A stretch of DNA of 64,000 bases from Candidatus Palauibacter polyketidifaciens (GTDB lineage: Bacteria > Gemmatimonadota > Gemmatimonadetes > Palauibacterales > Palauibacteraceae): NCBI RefSeq assembly GCF_947581785.1, contig NZ_CANPVO010000036.1, positions 15,490-79,489 of the forward strand. The letters are read 5' to 3'. The translations under genes were made by a program, and so were the position numbers. This document shows positions 54,431-63,856 of the stretch, in pieces (within the stretch, counting starts at the first letter, position 1; each line of letters opens with the position of its first letter). Under the pieces are notes generated by a model. That model saw only the letters and a list, made by a program, of their open reading frames with translations, searched no databases and was not told the DNA's origin.

Positions 54431-55851
54431 CAGACCAGCCTCATGGCGTCGGGGTCCCAGCGCACGATGCGGTCCTCGAAGTAGGAGAGGTTGCAGGCAA
54501 GCGCGGGGGCGGCCGCGCGCAGCCCGAAGGTCGCGTCCTCGCGCACGGCCGGACCGCCGCGAACCGCCTCGAACCAGTTGAAGAAGTGGTCGACGTGGGC
54601 GCCGCGATACCCGCGCTCGACCTCGTACCGAACCTCGGCCGGGGGAAGCATGCGGACCCGCGGGGGGAGCCCGTCCGCCGACGCCGCCGCCTCGGCCATC
54701 TTCTCCTGGGAGAAGGCGTCCATCGGGTCCACGGCGACGTTCTTGCGGAGGATGACCTCGGTCCACGTCACGTCCATCGCTCCCTCGCTCCCCACGAGGC
54801 GGAGGAAAGTGCTGCCGGAAGTCCCGTCCACGAAGTTCACGCGCAGCGAGAGGTTGAAGCCCGGATGCGTTTCCGTCTCCGGGTAGTCGAACACGCCCAG
54901 GAGCACGTCCGGCACCTCGCGGCCGTCCTTCCAGTACCGGAGCCCTCCGGCGGCCTGGATCCGGGTCGGGCCGCGCGAACTCACGACGAAGTGGAGGCTG
55001 GAGAAGAGGTGGACGAAGAGGTCGCCCGCCACCCCGGTGCCGTAGTCCCGGTAGTTGCGCCAGCGGAAGATGCGGAGCGGGTCGTACGGCCGGGCCGGCG
55101 CCGGGCCGAGGAAGCCCTTCCAGTCGACCGTCTCCTCGGAGGCGCCGGCCGGGATCGGGTACTGCCACGCGCCAATGGGATCGTTGCGCGCCCAGAAACC
55201 CTCGGCGTAGTTGAGTTCGCCGATGGCTCCGTCCTCGTACAGTTCCTTCGCCTTCTCGTTGCCGAGAGAACTCATCCCCTGGCTACCCACCTGAAAGGCG
55301 GCACCGGATTCCTGCTCGGCCCGGATCAGGTCGTGCCCCTCCTCGATCCGGTGGACCATCGGCTTCTCGCAGTAGACGGCCTTGCCGGCGCGCAGCGCGT
55401 CGACCGAGATCGGCTGGTGCCAGTGGTCGGGGGTGCCGACGATGACCGCATCCACATCGTCGCGCGCTAGGACCTCGCGGTAGTCGCGGGTGGTGAAGAT
55501 GTCCCCGTGACGCTCGCGGGCGGCTTCGAGCCGTCCATCGAACACATCGCTGGCGGCGACCAGGTTCACGCCCGGGATACGGAGGGCCGTCGCGACGTCC
55601 GCCATGCCCATCCCGCCCGCGCCGATCACCGCCAGGCCGATGTCGTCGGACAGCGCCGCACGACGGGCGGCGGGCCCTCGGGCAAGCGTCCGGCGCACGG
55701 CGGGACCACTCTGACGGCCGGGATCGGCTCCGGCCAGCAGCGAGGGCGCGCCCGCGGCGAGCACGGAGCCGGCGGCCAGGGATTTGACGAAGCTCCGGCG
55801 GTCGCGTTCGGGGGGCGGCCGGGAATCGGGTGCTCTCTTTTCTTCGCTCAT
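54430..55851 (-). CDS. Gfo/Idh/MocA-family NAD(P)-dependent oxidoreductase, TAT-secreted (glycoside 3-dehydrogenase-like).
   Basis: TAT signal RRSFVKSLAAGSVLAAGA. Rossmann motif GLAVIGAGGMG. AVYCEKP, EKP motif. Confidence 0.85.
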   Translation of the reverse strand: MSEEKRAPDSRPPPERDRRSFVKSLAAGSVLAAGAPSLLAGADPGRQSGPAVRRTLARGPAARRAALSDDIGLAVIGAGGMGMADVATALRIPGVNLVAASDVFDGRLEAARERHGDIFTTRDYREVLARDDVDAVIVGTPDHWHQPISVDALRAGKAVYCEKPMVHRIEEGHDLIRAEQESGAAFQVGSQGMSSLGNEKAKELYEDGAIGELNYAEGFWARNDPIGAWQYPIPAGASEETVDWKGFLGPAPARPYDPLRIFRWRNYRDYGTGVAGDLFVHLFSSLHFVVSSRGPTRIQAAGGLRYWKDGREVPDVLLGVFDYPETETHPGFNLSLRVNFVDGTSGSTFLRLVGSEGAMDVTWTEVILRKNVAVDPMDAFSQEKMAEAAASADGLPPRVRMLPPAEVRYEVERGYRGAHVDHFFNWFEAVRGGPAVREDATFGLRAAAPALACNLSYFEDRIVRWDPDAMRLV

Positions 55852-55954
55852 GTCGGATACACATTCATCCCATGGTTTCGAGGGCGAGGTTCGCCCGGGG
55901 CTGGCTCGAAAACGTAAGGTTGTGTCGATCCCGTCAGCAAAAGGAGGGACAGCC

Positions 55955-56569
55955 GTGCGAACACGTTGGGCTCGGTGGATGATTGCGGCCACCGCGGCGC
56001 CGCTCGGTGCGGGAGTCGCGAGCGTCGCCGCCGCCCCAGCCGCGTCCGGGGACCCCGTCATCGTCGTCGTCGAGACGGAGCTGGGCGCCTTCGAACTCGA
56101 AGTGGACGTCGACCGGGCACCCGTCACCGCGGCCAACTTCCTCCGCTACGTGGACGGCGGGTTCTACGACGGCGGCACGTTCTTCCGAACGGTGCACGCG
56201 GACAACCAGCCCGACGACTCCGTCCGGATTGCCGTCGTCCAGGGCGGCCGGAACCCCGAGATGGACGCCGAGTCCTTCCCGCCCATCCCACTGGAACGCA
56301 CCTCCGAGACCGGGCTCCGGCACGAGGACGGGACGGTCTCGATGGCGCGCGGCGGCCCCGACACCGCAACGCAGAGCTTCTTCATCTGTATCGGCGACCA
56401 GCCGTCGCTCGACTTCGGCGGTATGCGCAACCCCGACGGCCAGGGCTTCGCCGCCTTCGGACGCGTCGTGGCCGGCATGGACGTGGTGCGCGCGATCCAC
56501 CGCGCCCCCCACGACGCGCAACAACTCACCCCACCCGTCCGGATCACGAGAGCATACCGGAAGGAGTGA
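55955..56569 (+). CDS. Cyclophilin-type peptidyl-prolyl cis-trans isomerase, secreted.
   Basis: AAGGAGGG 6 nt before GTG 55955. FFRTVHADN...VSMARGGPDTATQSFFICIGDQPSLDF...FGRVVAGMDVV. An alternative ATG lies at 55979. Confidence 0.85.
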   Translation: MRTRWARWMIAATAAPLGAGVASVAAAPAASGDPVIVVVETELGAFELEVDVDRAPVTAANFLRYVDGGFYDGGTFFRTVHADNQPDDSVRIAVVQGGRNPEMDAESFPPIPLERTSETGLRHEDGTVSMARGGPDTATQSFFICIGDQPSLDFGGMRNPDGQGFAAFGRVVAGMDVVRAIHRAPHDAQQLTPPVRITRAYRKE

Positions 56570-56607
56570 GGAGCTTCCGGGCAACCATTTGTGAAGGGAG
56601 GACCGCC

Positions 56608-57726
56608 ATGCCGATCATTCGCCACGACGGAATCCGTTCATCGGCCCGTGTGAGCCGGGGGCGGAGGGGCCGCCGGGTTCTCGCCGCCGCGACGGCCGTG
56701 GCCGCCGCGACCGTCCTTGCGGTCGCCGGTCCCGTCTCGGCGCAAACGGAGCCGCCCGCCGAGCCGCCGGCCGACTGGGAGGTGACCGCGATCGACTACA
56801 GCAACGTCCCGTATCCGCACCCGGTGTCGTACCTCGACGTCGAGGTCTACGGGAACGGCTATCGGCTCGCGTACATGGATGTGGCGCCGGCCGGCCCCGC
56901 GAATGGCCAGACGGTCGTCCTCTTCCACGGGATGAACTTCTTCGCGGCGGGGTTCCGGCCCACCATCGAGGCGCTCCGGAACGCGGGATTCCGGGTGATC
57001 GCGATCGACCGGCTGGGCTTCGGCCGCTCCTCGAAACCCATCATCCACTACAACCTCCACATCCCGGCCCGGAACGCGAAGCGGCTACTCGACGCGCTGG
57101 GGATCGAGCGCGCCGCGATCGTCGGACACTCGATGGGCGGGATGGTGGCGACCCGGTTCGCCTCGACCTATCCGGAGACGACGACGCACGTCGCCATGGT
57201 GAACCAGATCGGGCTCACCGACTCCCGTCCCGGCCGGGGGTGGACGGACGCGGATGAAAATTATGCTTCGGTGCTCAACGGGACGACGTATCAGTCGGTC
57301 CTGCGCGGGCACATGCGCTATTACCCGAACGGCTGGCGCCCGGAATACCTCGAGTGGGTGAAGGTCCAGTACGGCCTCACGCTGAGCGGCGACTGGCCGC
57401 GCATGGCGCGGGTGCGGGCGGCGCAGCGCGCGATCCTCTACGAGGACCCCGTCGTTTACGAGTGGCAGCACATCGCGACGAAAGCGCTCGTCATCGGCGG
57501 CGCCGACGACCGCCTCGTGGCCAACTACCCGGTCCTCGCCCGAAACGTCGCCGAGGAACTTCAGAACGCGGAACTCTTCCTCTTCCCGGAGGTCGGACAT
57601 TCTCCGCAGTTCGAGATCCCGGAGCGTTTTCACGCGGAGCTGATCCGGTTCCTGCGGTCCGATCCCAACGAGCCCGCCGATCAATCGTGGCGGGCAACGG
57701 ACGTCGGCCGCCCGCCGGGCTCGTAG
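56608..57726 (+). CDS. Alpha/beta-hydrolase fold protein, secreted.
   Basis: GAAGGGAGG before ATG. VVLFHGMNFF, nucleophile elbow GHSMGG, C-terminal His in EVGHSPQFE. Confidence 0.8.
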   Translation: MPIIRHDGIRSSARVSRGRRGRRVLAAATAVAAATVLAVAGPVSAQTEPPAEPPADWEVTAIDYSNVPYPHPVSYLDVEVYGNGYRLAYMDVAPAGPANGQTVVLFHGMNFFAAGFRPTIEALRNAGFRVIAIDRLGFGRSSKPIIHYNLHIPARNAKRLLDALGIERAAIVGHSMGGMVATRFASTYPETTTHVAMVNQIGLTDSRPGRGWTDADENYASVLNGTTYQSVLRGHMRYYPNGWRPEYLEWVKVQYGLTLSGDWPRMARVRAAQRAILYEDPVVYEWQHIATKALVIGGADDRLVANYPVLARNVAEELQNAELFLFPEVGHSPQFEIPERFHAELIRFLRSDPNEPADQSWRATDVGRPPGS

Positions 57727-57761
57727 CGCGGGCGCCGACGGCGCGAATAGGTTGCCCCGCC

Positions 57762-58313
57762 ATGAACTCCAAGCTGCCGCTCTTCGCGCTGCCGCTCCTC
57801 GCCCTCTCGGTCTCCGCCGGCTGCACCGGGGAAGCGCCGGAACGGCCGGTCCCCGTCGCGGACATGCAGGAATTGATGGTCTCCGTAATGGAACCGGCGG
57901 CGGAGGCCTACTGGGACGGCGTCGGAGAGGTTCTCACCGAGGAGGGCGTGCACCAGTTCCGGCCCCTGACCGAGGAGGACTGGACCTCACTCCGCAACGC
58001 CGCCTTCGTCCTCGCCGAATCCGGCAACTTGATGATGATGGACGGCCGTGCGCGCGACCGCGGTGACTGGATGGACCACTCGCGAACGATGGTCGAGGCC
58101 GGGCGCGGGGCGCTGGAGGCCGTCGACCGCCGCAACCCGGACGCCGTGTTCGACGCCGGCGCGGAGGTCTACTACGCGTGCCGCGACTGCCACGCCCGGT
58201 ACGCGGCGGAAACCCTCAGGCCGAGCGATCCGCATAGCGCTCCCGGACCTGGAGAAGCTCCGGATGCCGGCGCGCCCGCGACGGACGGGACGGCCAGCCG
58301 GGACGGACGCTAG
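57762..58313 (+). CDS. Class II cytochrome c (cytochrome c'-like four-helix bundle) lipoprotein.
   Basis: Lipobox LSVSAGC. CxxCH close to the C-terminus (VYYACRDCHARYAAE) as in cytochrome c'/c556. About 160 aa mature. Confidence 0.65.
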   Translation: MNSKLPLFALPLLALSVSAGCTGEAPERPVPVADMQELMVSVMEPAAEAYWDGVGEVLTEEGVHQFRPLTEEDWTSLRNAAFVLAESGNLMMMDGRARDRGDWMDHSRTMVEAGRGALEAVDRRNPDAVFDAGAEVYYACRDCHARYAAETLRPSDPHSAPGPGEAPDAGAPATDGTASRDGR

Positions 58314-58322
58314 CTCCGGCGC

Positions 58323-58877
58323 ATGGAACGATTCCTGGAGTGGTTGGGGAGCACCCCGTGGAGCATCGCGCTGCTGGAGTCCACGCTCGCATGGCCGCTC
58401 ATCGAATCCTCCCACGTCCTGGCCGTGGCCCTCTTCTTCGGCACCGTGATGATGAACGATCTCCGGCTGCTGGGTTGGACGATGCGGCGCGTGCCCGTGT
58501 CCGAGGTCACCGGTCGCCTTCTCCCCTGGACCCGGATCGGTTTCGCGGTCATGGTCGTCACGGGGCTTCTCATCTTCTATTCCAACCCGGTCCGCTACTA
58601 TCACAACATCTTCTTTCGGGTGAAGGTGCTGCTGTTCGTGGTGGCGGGACTCAACGCCTTCCTGTTTCATCGGGGAATCCACCGGCGGGTGCTGGAGTGG
58701 GAGCGACTCCCCGTTCTGCCGGGCCGCGCGAAGGCGGCGGGCGCGATCTCGCTCGCGGCGTGGGCGCTCATCATCGTGGCGGGCCGACTCATCGCCTACA
58801 ACTGGTTCGACTGTGACATCCCCGGCCAGCCGGGCTGGGTGAACTGGGCGGCGGGCTGCCCCGTGGCGGGGGACTGA
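58323..58877 (+). CDS. 4-TM membrane protein with a conserved His in TM1; first of two tandem paralogs.
   Basis: ESTLAWPLIESSHVLAVALFFGTVMMNDLRLLG aligns with EAVHLLGLGLLGGAVLLADLRLLG of the next gene. It starts 10 bp after the cytochrome c' stop. Confidence 0.6.
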   Translation: MERFLEWLGSTPWSIALLESTLAWPLIESSHVLAVALFFGTVMMNDLRLLGWTMRRVPVSEVTGRLLPWTRIGFAVMVVTGLLIFYSNPVRYYHNIFFRVKVLLFVVAGLNAFLFHRGIHRRVLEWERLPVLPGRAKAAGAISLAAWALIIVAGRLIAYNWFDCDIPGQPGWVNWAAGCPVAGD

Positions 58878-59377
58878 TGGGCGGGCGTCAGTTCGCGCCG
58901 GAAGCGTGGCTCCCCTTCTTCGAGCGGCTGGAGAACACGGCCATCGGGACGGCCGTGCGAGAATCAATCTGGGCCTTCCCCATCATCGAGGCGGTCCACC
59001 TGCTGGGACTCGGGCTCCTGGGGGGCGCGGTGCTGCTCGCCGATCTCCGGCTCCTGGGGACGGGGCTCAAGCGGCAGCCGATCGCGAGCGTCGTGCGGTA
59101 CGCTCGCCCGTGGCTCGTGGCGGGGGTGGCGCTGATGTTCCTGACCGGGATCCCGCTGTTCCTGTCGGAAGCCGTGAAGTGCTACTACAACACGTCCTTC
59201 TGGGTGAAGATGATCTCGCTTCCCGTCGCGCTCGCGTTCACCTTCGGGGCCCGGAGGTGGGTGGTCGCCGCAGCGCCGGCGCGAGCGAACGGGCGGACGC
59301 GGCTCATCGCCGCGATCTCGCTCGGCCTCTGGTTCACTGTCGCCGCGGCGGGACGCTGGATCGGCTTCTCCGCCTGA
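58877..59377 (+). CDS. 4-TM membrane protein, tandem paralog of the 58323 gene.
   Basis: The start overlaps the upstream stop (TGATG). The YYH/YYN motif and TM pattern are shared with the upstream copy. Confidence 0.6.
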   Translation: MGGRQFAPEAWLPFFERLENTAIGTAVRESIWAFPIIEAVHLLGLGLLGGAVLLADLRLLGTGLKRQPIASVVRYARPWLVAGVALMFLTGIPLFLSEAVKCYYNTSFWVKMISLPVALAFTFGARRWVVAAAPARANGRTRLIAAISLGLWFTVAAAGRWIGFSA

Positions 59378-59385
59378 CCCGCGCC

Positions 59386-61038
59386 TCAGCGCCTGTCCGG
59401 AGGCTCCACTCGCATCAACACATCGTTATAACCGCCTGCCGTATCGACCCGAACCGACGCAGCCATGTCCCTGGAGGGCAGCATGTAGTCCTCGGCCACG
59501 GACATGTCCACGACCCACCCCAAATCGGCGAGCGCGCCCAGCGTGATGGCGGAAACGACGGTCAGTTCCTCGCCCGGGCAGTTGCCGCGGGTCATGATCT
59601 CGCCGCACAACACGCTTCGCCAATGCCCCCCTGCGTCGGCATCCTCGGCGGGATCGTTCGTCACCGGCACTTTGGCACCGGTGTAACCGCTCCCGCCCGC
59701 CGCATCGAACGCGACAACGGCGTTCGCCCCGGGGAAATGGGTATCCACTCTTCGCGTACTGCTCGGGAGGTTCACGAGCCGCACGTCGCCCTGGTACCAG
59801 TACGTCCCGATGCCGAACACATGGCCCAGTTCGTGCAGCATCACCTCGTACGTGAAGTTGTCCGGGACGCGGCCGAACGGCGCGACGTATGGACGGTCCC
59901 GGGTCCAGTAGATCCCGCCGGCGGAGAAGTAGAACCCGGCACCTGCCCGTCGGTTCACGCGTAGTCCGCGCGGTCCGCCGCACGCGAGACCCCCGCAGTC
60001 TTCCTCCCCGTCGAACACGAAGATCGGGAAGTCCTGCGGCTCGGCGTTGTCCTTCAATGCGGCTTCGTAGAATCCCGCCGCGTGATCGAACATCACTCTG
60101 GCGCAGCGCGACCAATCATCCGGTTCGTCGTACACCAGCTCAACCTGAAACCCCGTCGAGGCGCGGTCGTAGAGGGGGCGGTTCTCCAGCTCCGGAGCGT
60201 AGCAGTCATCGACCGCGGTCAGCATGCGCCCCGTGCTCAACTCGAAGGCGGACGACAGCGCCCGGTAGTGCAGATACCGCCGCCCGCGCCCAACCGCGGT
60301 GATCTCCAGCTCACCGCTATCGTTCTGCCTGAGGTCGAGGTTGGGGGGACCATCGACGGGGGTCTCCCCTATATGGAACTCGTCGACCGGGAAGGCGCCC
60401 ACGTGGAACTCGTAGGAGATGTCGGCGCCCGCGCGCGAGGCAAACCAGTCGAGCGGCGTGGACGCGCGATCCCCGATGTTGTCCAGGGTGACGCCTTCAG
60501 GCAGCGTCCCCGGCGCCCCGGCGGTGTCCAGGGCGGTGGGGAGAATCACCACGAGGCTGTCGGCCGCCCTCCCCACCCTTGCGGTCACCGTGAGAATCTG
60601 GGCCTCGGCGGGAGTCCCCAGGTCGAAGATGGTCCAGAACCGGGAGCCCTCCCGCTGCAGCCATATCTGTCTCAGACTGTCACCGACGAGCGTGCGATAC
60701 GTCACGTCATCCGTACCCGTAGTGAACCTCACGGTCGGCTCCACACCGGACACGACGTTCCCGTCCTCCTGCCTGGCCGTGACGCGGATGACCGGGGACG
60801 TGAGGCCGGGACGGATGATCAGGGTGTCCGTGCTCGCCCACTCGTTGAAGTCGAGTTCGACACCGCTGAGATAGTCCTGAACGATCTTCCGCGTCTCGAT
60901 GACCACGCTTGCCGCGATGGGCGCGGGCGGAGGTGCCGCGGGAGGGGTTGGCTGCGGCTCGGGGTCCAGCGTGTCGTCCCCGCCGCAGCCGGCGAGAAAG
61001 ACGACGAGCCAGGCACTGATCCGATATGGTCCCTTCAT
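59386..61038 (-). CDS. Zinc metalloprotease (HEXXH) lipoprotein, family unassigned.
   Basis: Lipobox MKGPYRISAWLVVFLAGCGG. TYEVMLHELGHVFGIGTYW. About 550 aa. Confidence 0.7.
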   Translation of the reverse strand: MKGPYRISAWLVVFLAGCGGDDTLDPEPQPTPPAAPPPAPIAASVVIETRKIVQDYLSGVELDFNEWASTDTLIIRPGLTSPVIRVTARQEDGNVVSGVEPTVRFTTGTDDVTYRTLVGDSLRQIWLQREGSRFWTIFDLGTPAEAQILTVTARVGRAADSLVVILPTALDTAGAPGTLPEGVTLDNIGDRASTPLDWFASRAGADISYEFHVGAFPVDEFHIGETPVDGPPNLDLRQNDSGELEITAVGRGRRYLHYRALSSAFELSTGRMLTAVDDCYAPELENRPLYDRASTGFQVELVYDEPDDWSRCARVMFDHAAGFYEAALKDNAEPQDFPIFVFDGEEDCGGLACGGPRGLRVNRRAGAGFYFSAGGIYWTRDRPYVAPFGRVPDNFTYEVMLHELGHVFGIGTYWYQGDVRLVNLPSSTRRVDTHFPGANAVVAFDAAGGSGYTGAKVPVTNDPAEDADAGGHWRSVLCGEIMTRGNCPGEELTVVSAITLGALADLGWVVDMSVAEDYMLPSRDMAASVRVDTAGGYNDVLMRVEPPDRR

Positions 61039-61057
61039 GGCGCGCCGGGCTCGTGGG

Positions 61058-61573
61058 TTAGTGCTCCTCGAGGATGCTGCGGCTCGTGACCTCCACGACC
61101 TCGCCTTCCCAGCCCGGCGGCGGCTGGCAGGGGTTGGCGTCGTAGGCGGGATCGTTGGGCCATGGCGCGCCGCCGGGAGGGGCGCCGGCGCCGGATGAGC
61201 CCATGAAAAACTTGCTGCCGTCGGTGAACGTGACGTCACGTCCGTTGGCGCGCTTGAGGGAGTGGTCCTTGGCCTGATAACCGTCCACGATGAGTTCGGT
61301 GCCGGGCGCGAGGCAGTCCCGCTGGAGGCCGCGGCGCAGGAGCGTGTTCGGCGTCCCGCCCTCGACCATCCAGACCTCGGATCCCGCGTCGGTCTCGACC
61401 TCGAGGTGAATCCATGTATGCGGGTTCACCCATTCGAGCCGCACGACGGCGCCTCGGAGCCGGATGGGGGCGTTCCGATCGAATTCCGCGCCGAAGGCGT
61501 GGTGCGCGATCAGCGGCGCGGCGGCGGCCAGCGCGACCCCGCCCGCGAGGAGGTACAGAGGCAGCTTCCGCAT
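61058..61573 (-). CDS. Secreted hypothetical protein whose mature N-terminus starts with a His-His motif.
   Basis: Signal MRKLPLYLLAGGVALAAAAPLIA followed by HHAFGAEFDRNAPIRLRGAVVRLEWVNPHTWIHLEV. No family assigned with confidence. Confidence 0.55.
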   Translation of the reverse strand: MRKLPLYLLAGGVALAAAAPLIAHHAFGAEFDRNAPIRLRGAVVRLEWVNPHTWIHLEVETDAGSEVWMVEGGTPNTLLRRGLQRDCLAPGTELIVDGYQAKDHSLKRANGRDVTFTDGSKFFMGSSGAGAPPGGAPWPNDPAYDANPCQPPPGWEGEVVEVTSRSILEEH

Positions 61574-61712
61574 AGATCTCACCCATGTCTCAACCAACGA
61601 TCCGGCGCCCCAACGCCGGTCTTTCACGATTCCATTCAGAGTAACAGGATCGCTCGACTCTGCGCGACCGGACTCCGTTACGTGGGATGCGCACCAACTA
61701 CCCGCCAGGAGA

Positions 61713-62783
61713 CTAGCGCTCCTGGGCGCGGGCGCCGCTGAGGACGTTGGAGAGGGCGTAGTTGCCCTCGTGGCAGGCGTACTCGTACAAGTCGCCGTCG
61801 AGGCGCGTGAAGGGCACTTCCCCGCCCCAGCTCTCGACGAACGTATCCGGATCCTCGACGGTGAACTCGTAGTGGATCGCGTGCTCGGCTGCGCGCGTGA
61901 AACGCTCCGTCACGGTCATGTTCTCCGAGCCGGGGCCGAACAGGTAGACGTACGCCGCCATCTGGTCCGGGTTCAGGTTGGTTGTCCGCACGACGAGCGT
62001 GTCGCCCGCCCAGCGGCCCCACGATTCGCCGAACCATGGGCGCACGCCCTCGGCGGCCGGCTTCGGCTCGCCCATGCGGATGATGCGCACATCGTGCACC
62101 ATCTCGGTCAGGATCATGATGTGTTCGGGCGTCTGCACGATCCTGTAATTATTGTTGTAGAAGTAGTTCGGGAGCATCGGAGGTCCGGCGTTGGAGCCGA
62201 AGGAGAGGATGCAGCGCTCGCCGATGGGCCGGTTCTCGGGGTTGTCGAACGCTCCCCCCAGCCGCGCGAACGCCTGCAGCCGGCGCCGCCGGCCCTCGGG
62301 AGTGAGGTCCGGGATGCGGCCGTCTTCCGGGTACGTGAGGAGAGAGCTTCGGGGCTCGCCGTCGAACACCGCGACCCGGTCGCCCGCGTCGATCCAGAAG
62401 TAGTTGTAGCCGCCAACGCCGCCGGCCGCGCCCGTGGAGCCGTCCCCTCCCACCGGCGGGGCCTCGCGATCCGGGTCGCTGGGCGCGTTCCGCTCGTCGA
62501 TGTATTCCTGGCGCCGCCCCTCGCGGACGGCCACCTCTTCCGCCGTGAGCACGAGCGCCTCGCCCTCGGGGCGCTGCAGCGGCGTCATGGTCCCGTTCGT
62601 CCAATCGCCCTGCAGGTCGGGATGCCCCTCCGCGGTCCGCGGAACGACCCACTCATTCCCCTCTCCCCGCGGCACGCCGCCTGTCCCGTCGCAGGCGGCA
62701 AGAGAGACGGCGCCGAGCAGCGCTCCGAGCAACGGAACGGCGCAGAATCCGCCCGGGCGTCGGCGGCGAATCGGGCGTCGCAT
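61713..62783 (-). CDS. Hypothetical lipoprotein, tandem paralog pair member 1.
   Basis: LGALLGAVSLAACDG lipobox. Post-lipobox motif TAEGHPDLQGDW. TVTERFTRAAEHAIHYEFTVEDPDTFVESW. YACHEGNY near the C-terminus. Confidence 0.6.
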   Translation of the reverse strand: MRRPIRRRRPGGFCAVPLLGALLGAVSLAACDGTGGVPRGEGNEWVVPRTAEGHPDLQGDWTNGTMTPLQRPEGEALVLTAEEVAVREGRRQEYIDERNAPSDPDREAPPVGGDGSTGAAGGVGGYNYFWIDAGDRVAVFDGEPRSSLLTYPEDGRIPDLTPEGRRRRLQAFARLGGAFDNPENRPIGERCILSFGSNAGPPMLPNYFYNNNYRIVQTPEHIMILTEMVHDVRIIRMGEPKPAAEGVRPWFGESWGRWAGDTLVVRTTNLNPDQMAAYVYLFGPGSENMTVTERFTRAAEHAIHYEFTVEDPDTFVESWGGEVPFTRLDGDLYEYACHEGNYALSNVLSGARAQER

Positions 62784-62811
62784 CAGTGCAGGCAAGCTTG
62801 GCTGCCCGCGG

Positions 62812-63699
62812 CTACCGGATCGGGTTCTTGCGGAGGTGTCCGTACATCAACTCCTCCACGAACGGGACGCACTTGAACTGCCCAAGCCGCGCGTCCGGAT
62901 CCACGTTTCGGTAGAGCGGCAGGCGGATCGTCCACGGCTCCGAGAACGTGTCGGGGTCCTCCATCGTCGCCTCGTACATGAGGTGGTCGGGCCCAAGCAT
63001 CGTCCACCGTTCCGTGACCACCAGCCGGTAGCTGTGGTGGTTCCCCGCGCGGTCGAACCAGGTCTGGCCGTTGAACCCGTTCACCGTGACGACGAAGGTG
63101 TCCTCCTCCCAGTGCCCCACCGACTGGCCCATCCAGGAATCCACCTGAGGCGGACCGGGATCTTCGAGATAGATGTCGCGCACCGCCCCGGCGTACTCGT
63201 AGGCGATGAAGAATTTCGACTCGCTCTGGAAGATCTGGAACGGGAGATGCATGTAGTTCGCGCGCGGGACGCCGGGCAGGTAGCAGCGGATCTCCGGGTC
63301 GCGCTCGAGCCAGCGCTCGCGGTTCTCGTCGCGCCGTTCCAGCGCTTCCGGGAGGTAGGGGATGCTCCCCCCGACGACGATGCCCTGCCCCGACGGCACG
63401 GACCCCACGGCGCCGAGGGCGACGACCTCGTTGGCGGGGACCGGCACGACGGGACCTTCCTGCATGGCGAGCGCCGGCCGCGCCATGTGCGGCTCGATGT
63501 CCCAGTACGCGTTTCCGAGGGCGGACCAGATGCCGTTGAAGTCGGGATGTCCCGAGGCGGTTCGCGGGATACCGTCGTTCGGCGCGCAGGCGGCGACCGT
63601 CCCCAGTCCCAGGGCGAGAAGGGCGGTCAGCACACGACTCCGACGACGGGCATTTCGCTCCGCGCGACGAAGCGCGCGCCTCCCCGGGAAGTTCGCCAT
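62812..63699 (-). CDS. Hypothetical lipoprotein, tandem paralog pair member 2.
   Basis: Lipobox LALGLGTVAAC. TASGHPDFNGIW. VVTERWTMLGPDHLMYEATMEDPDTFSEPW. Collinear with the 61713 gene. Confidence 0.6.
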   Translation of the reverse strand: MANFPGRRALRRAERNARRRSRVLTALLALGLGTVAACAPNDGIPRTASGHPDFNGIWSALGNAYWDIEPHMARPALAMQEGPVVPVPANEVVALGAVGSVPSGQGIVVGGSIPYLPEALERRDENRERWLERDPEIRCYLPGVPRANYMHLPFQIFQSESKFFIAYEYAGAVRDIYLEDPGPPQVDSWMGQSVGHWEEDTFVVTVNGFNGQTWFDRAGNHHSYRLVVTERWTMLGPDHLMYEATMEDPDTFSEPWTIRLPLYRNVDPDARLGQFKCVPFVEELMYGHLRKNPIR

Positions 63700-63856
63700 C
63701 GGTTCCGACCTCCTGGTTGATCTTTCCGCGTGCGTCGGGTCGAAACTGCGACCCGGCCTATTCTCTGGCCAGATCGACAGCTCCGAGACAGATTTCAAGC
63801 CAGGGGCGACGCAGGGCGGGGTACGGGTTGCGCAACACTGAACCGTCGGAGGAAAC

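Noticed and set aside
54431-55168. Upstream 246 codons of the listed 706-aa ORF 53048-55168.
   Set aside because: This is read-through into the preceding Gfo/Idh/MocA gene in another frame. The true DUF1080 gene starts at the ATG overlapping that gene's stop and begins with a lipoprotein signal peptide.
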